Below, piece after piece: positions 63,926-64,000 of a DNA stretch of 64,000 bases. The notes under the pieces are model-generated. The model had not been told where the DNA came from, did no database searches, and saw only the letters and a list, made by a program, of their open reading frames with translations. This DNA is from Amphiscolops sp. MND2022 (lineage: Eukaryota): assembly GCA_964187785.1 (NCBI GenBank), contig OZ076409.1, positions 35,032,001-35,096,000 of the forward strand, written 5' to 3'. Numbering within the stretch: the stretch's first letter is position 1; the number at the start of each line of letters is the position of its first letter. Both the position numbers and the translations under genes were made by a program.

Positions 63926-64000
63926 GAGTTTAGTATTGCCAAGAAAATGCGTCACAGTGACGACGACAAGTTTATGAAATTAGTTGGAAATAGGCAAATC

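Noticed and set aside
63926..64000. Continuation of BEL gag beyond the Gypsy 3' LTR
   Set aside because: No TSD and no recognisable in-frame continuation in the 75 bp available

Overview
Eukaryotic (metazoan, probably invertebrate) genomic DNA that is very rich in transposable elements. The only host gene is an Epac2/RAPGEF4-like cAMP-regulated Rap GEF on the minus strand. I reconstructed 16 coding exons by hand between 21269 and 1; the gene runs off the window's left edge, and one intron has a probable GC donor. Its introns hold Helentron-associated (HINE/DINE-1-like) non-autonomous elements with tRNA-like inserts, hAT/Tc1/MULE relics and a near-perfect 2.69-kb tandem duplication. Upstream of the gene lie, in order: a nested palindrome; a CR1-group LINE whose ORF1 PHD finger is split by three DNA transposons, each with an exact TSD; a decayed Gypsy cut by a 200-N gap; more HINEs; a decayed BEL/Pao element; and a young 14.2-kb Gypsy-type element (49695-63925). 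That last element is the most unusual system here. Besides gag-pol with a -1 frameshift signal, it carries a multi-exon, intron-containing antisense gene (C2H2 zinc finger, weak hAT-like traits) and a divergent acidic ORF that ends inside the 3' LTR. It shows no recognisable tRNA PBS, PPT or TSD. All calls come from manual reading and remembered family motifs; no database searches were run.
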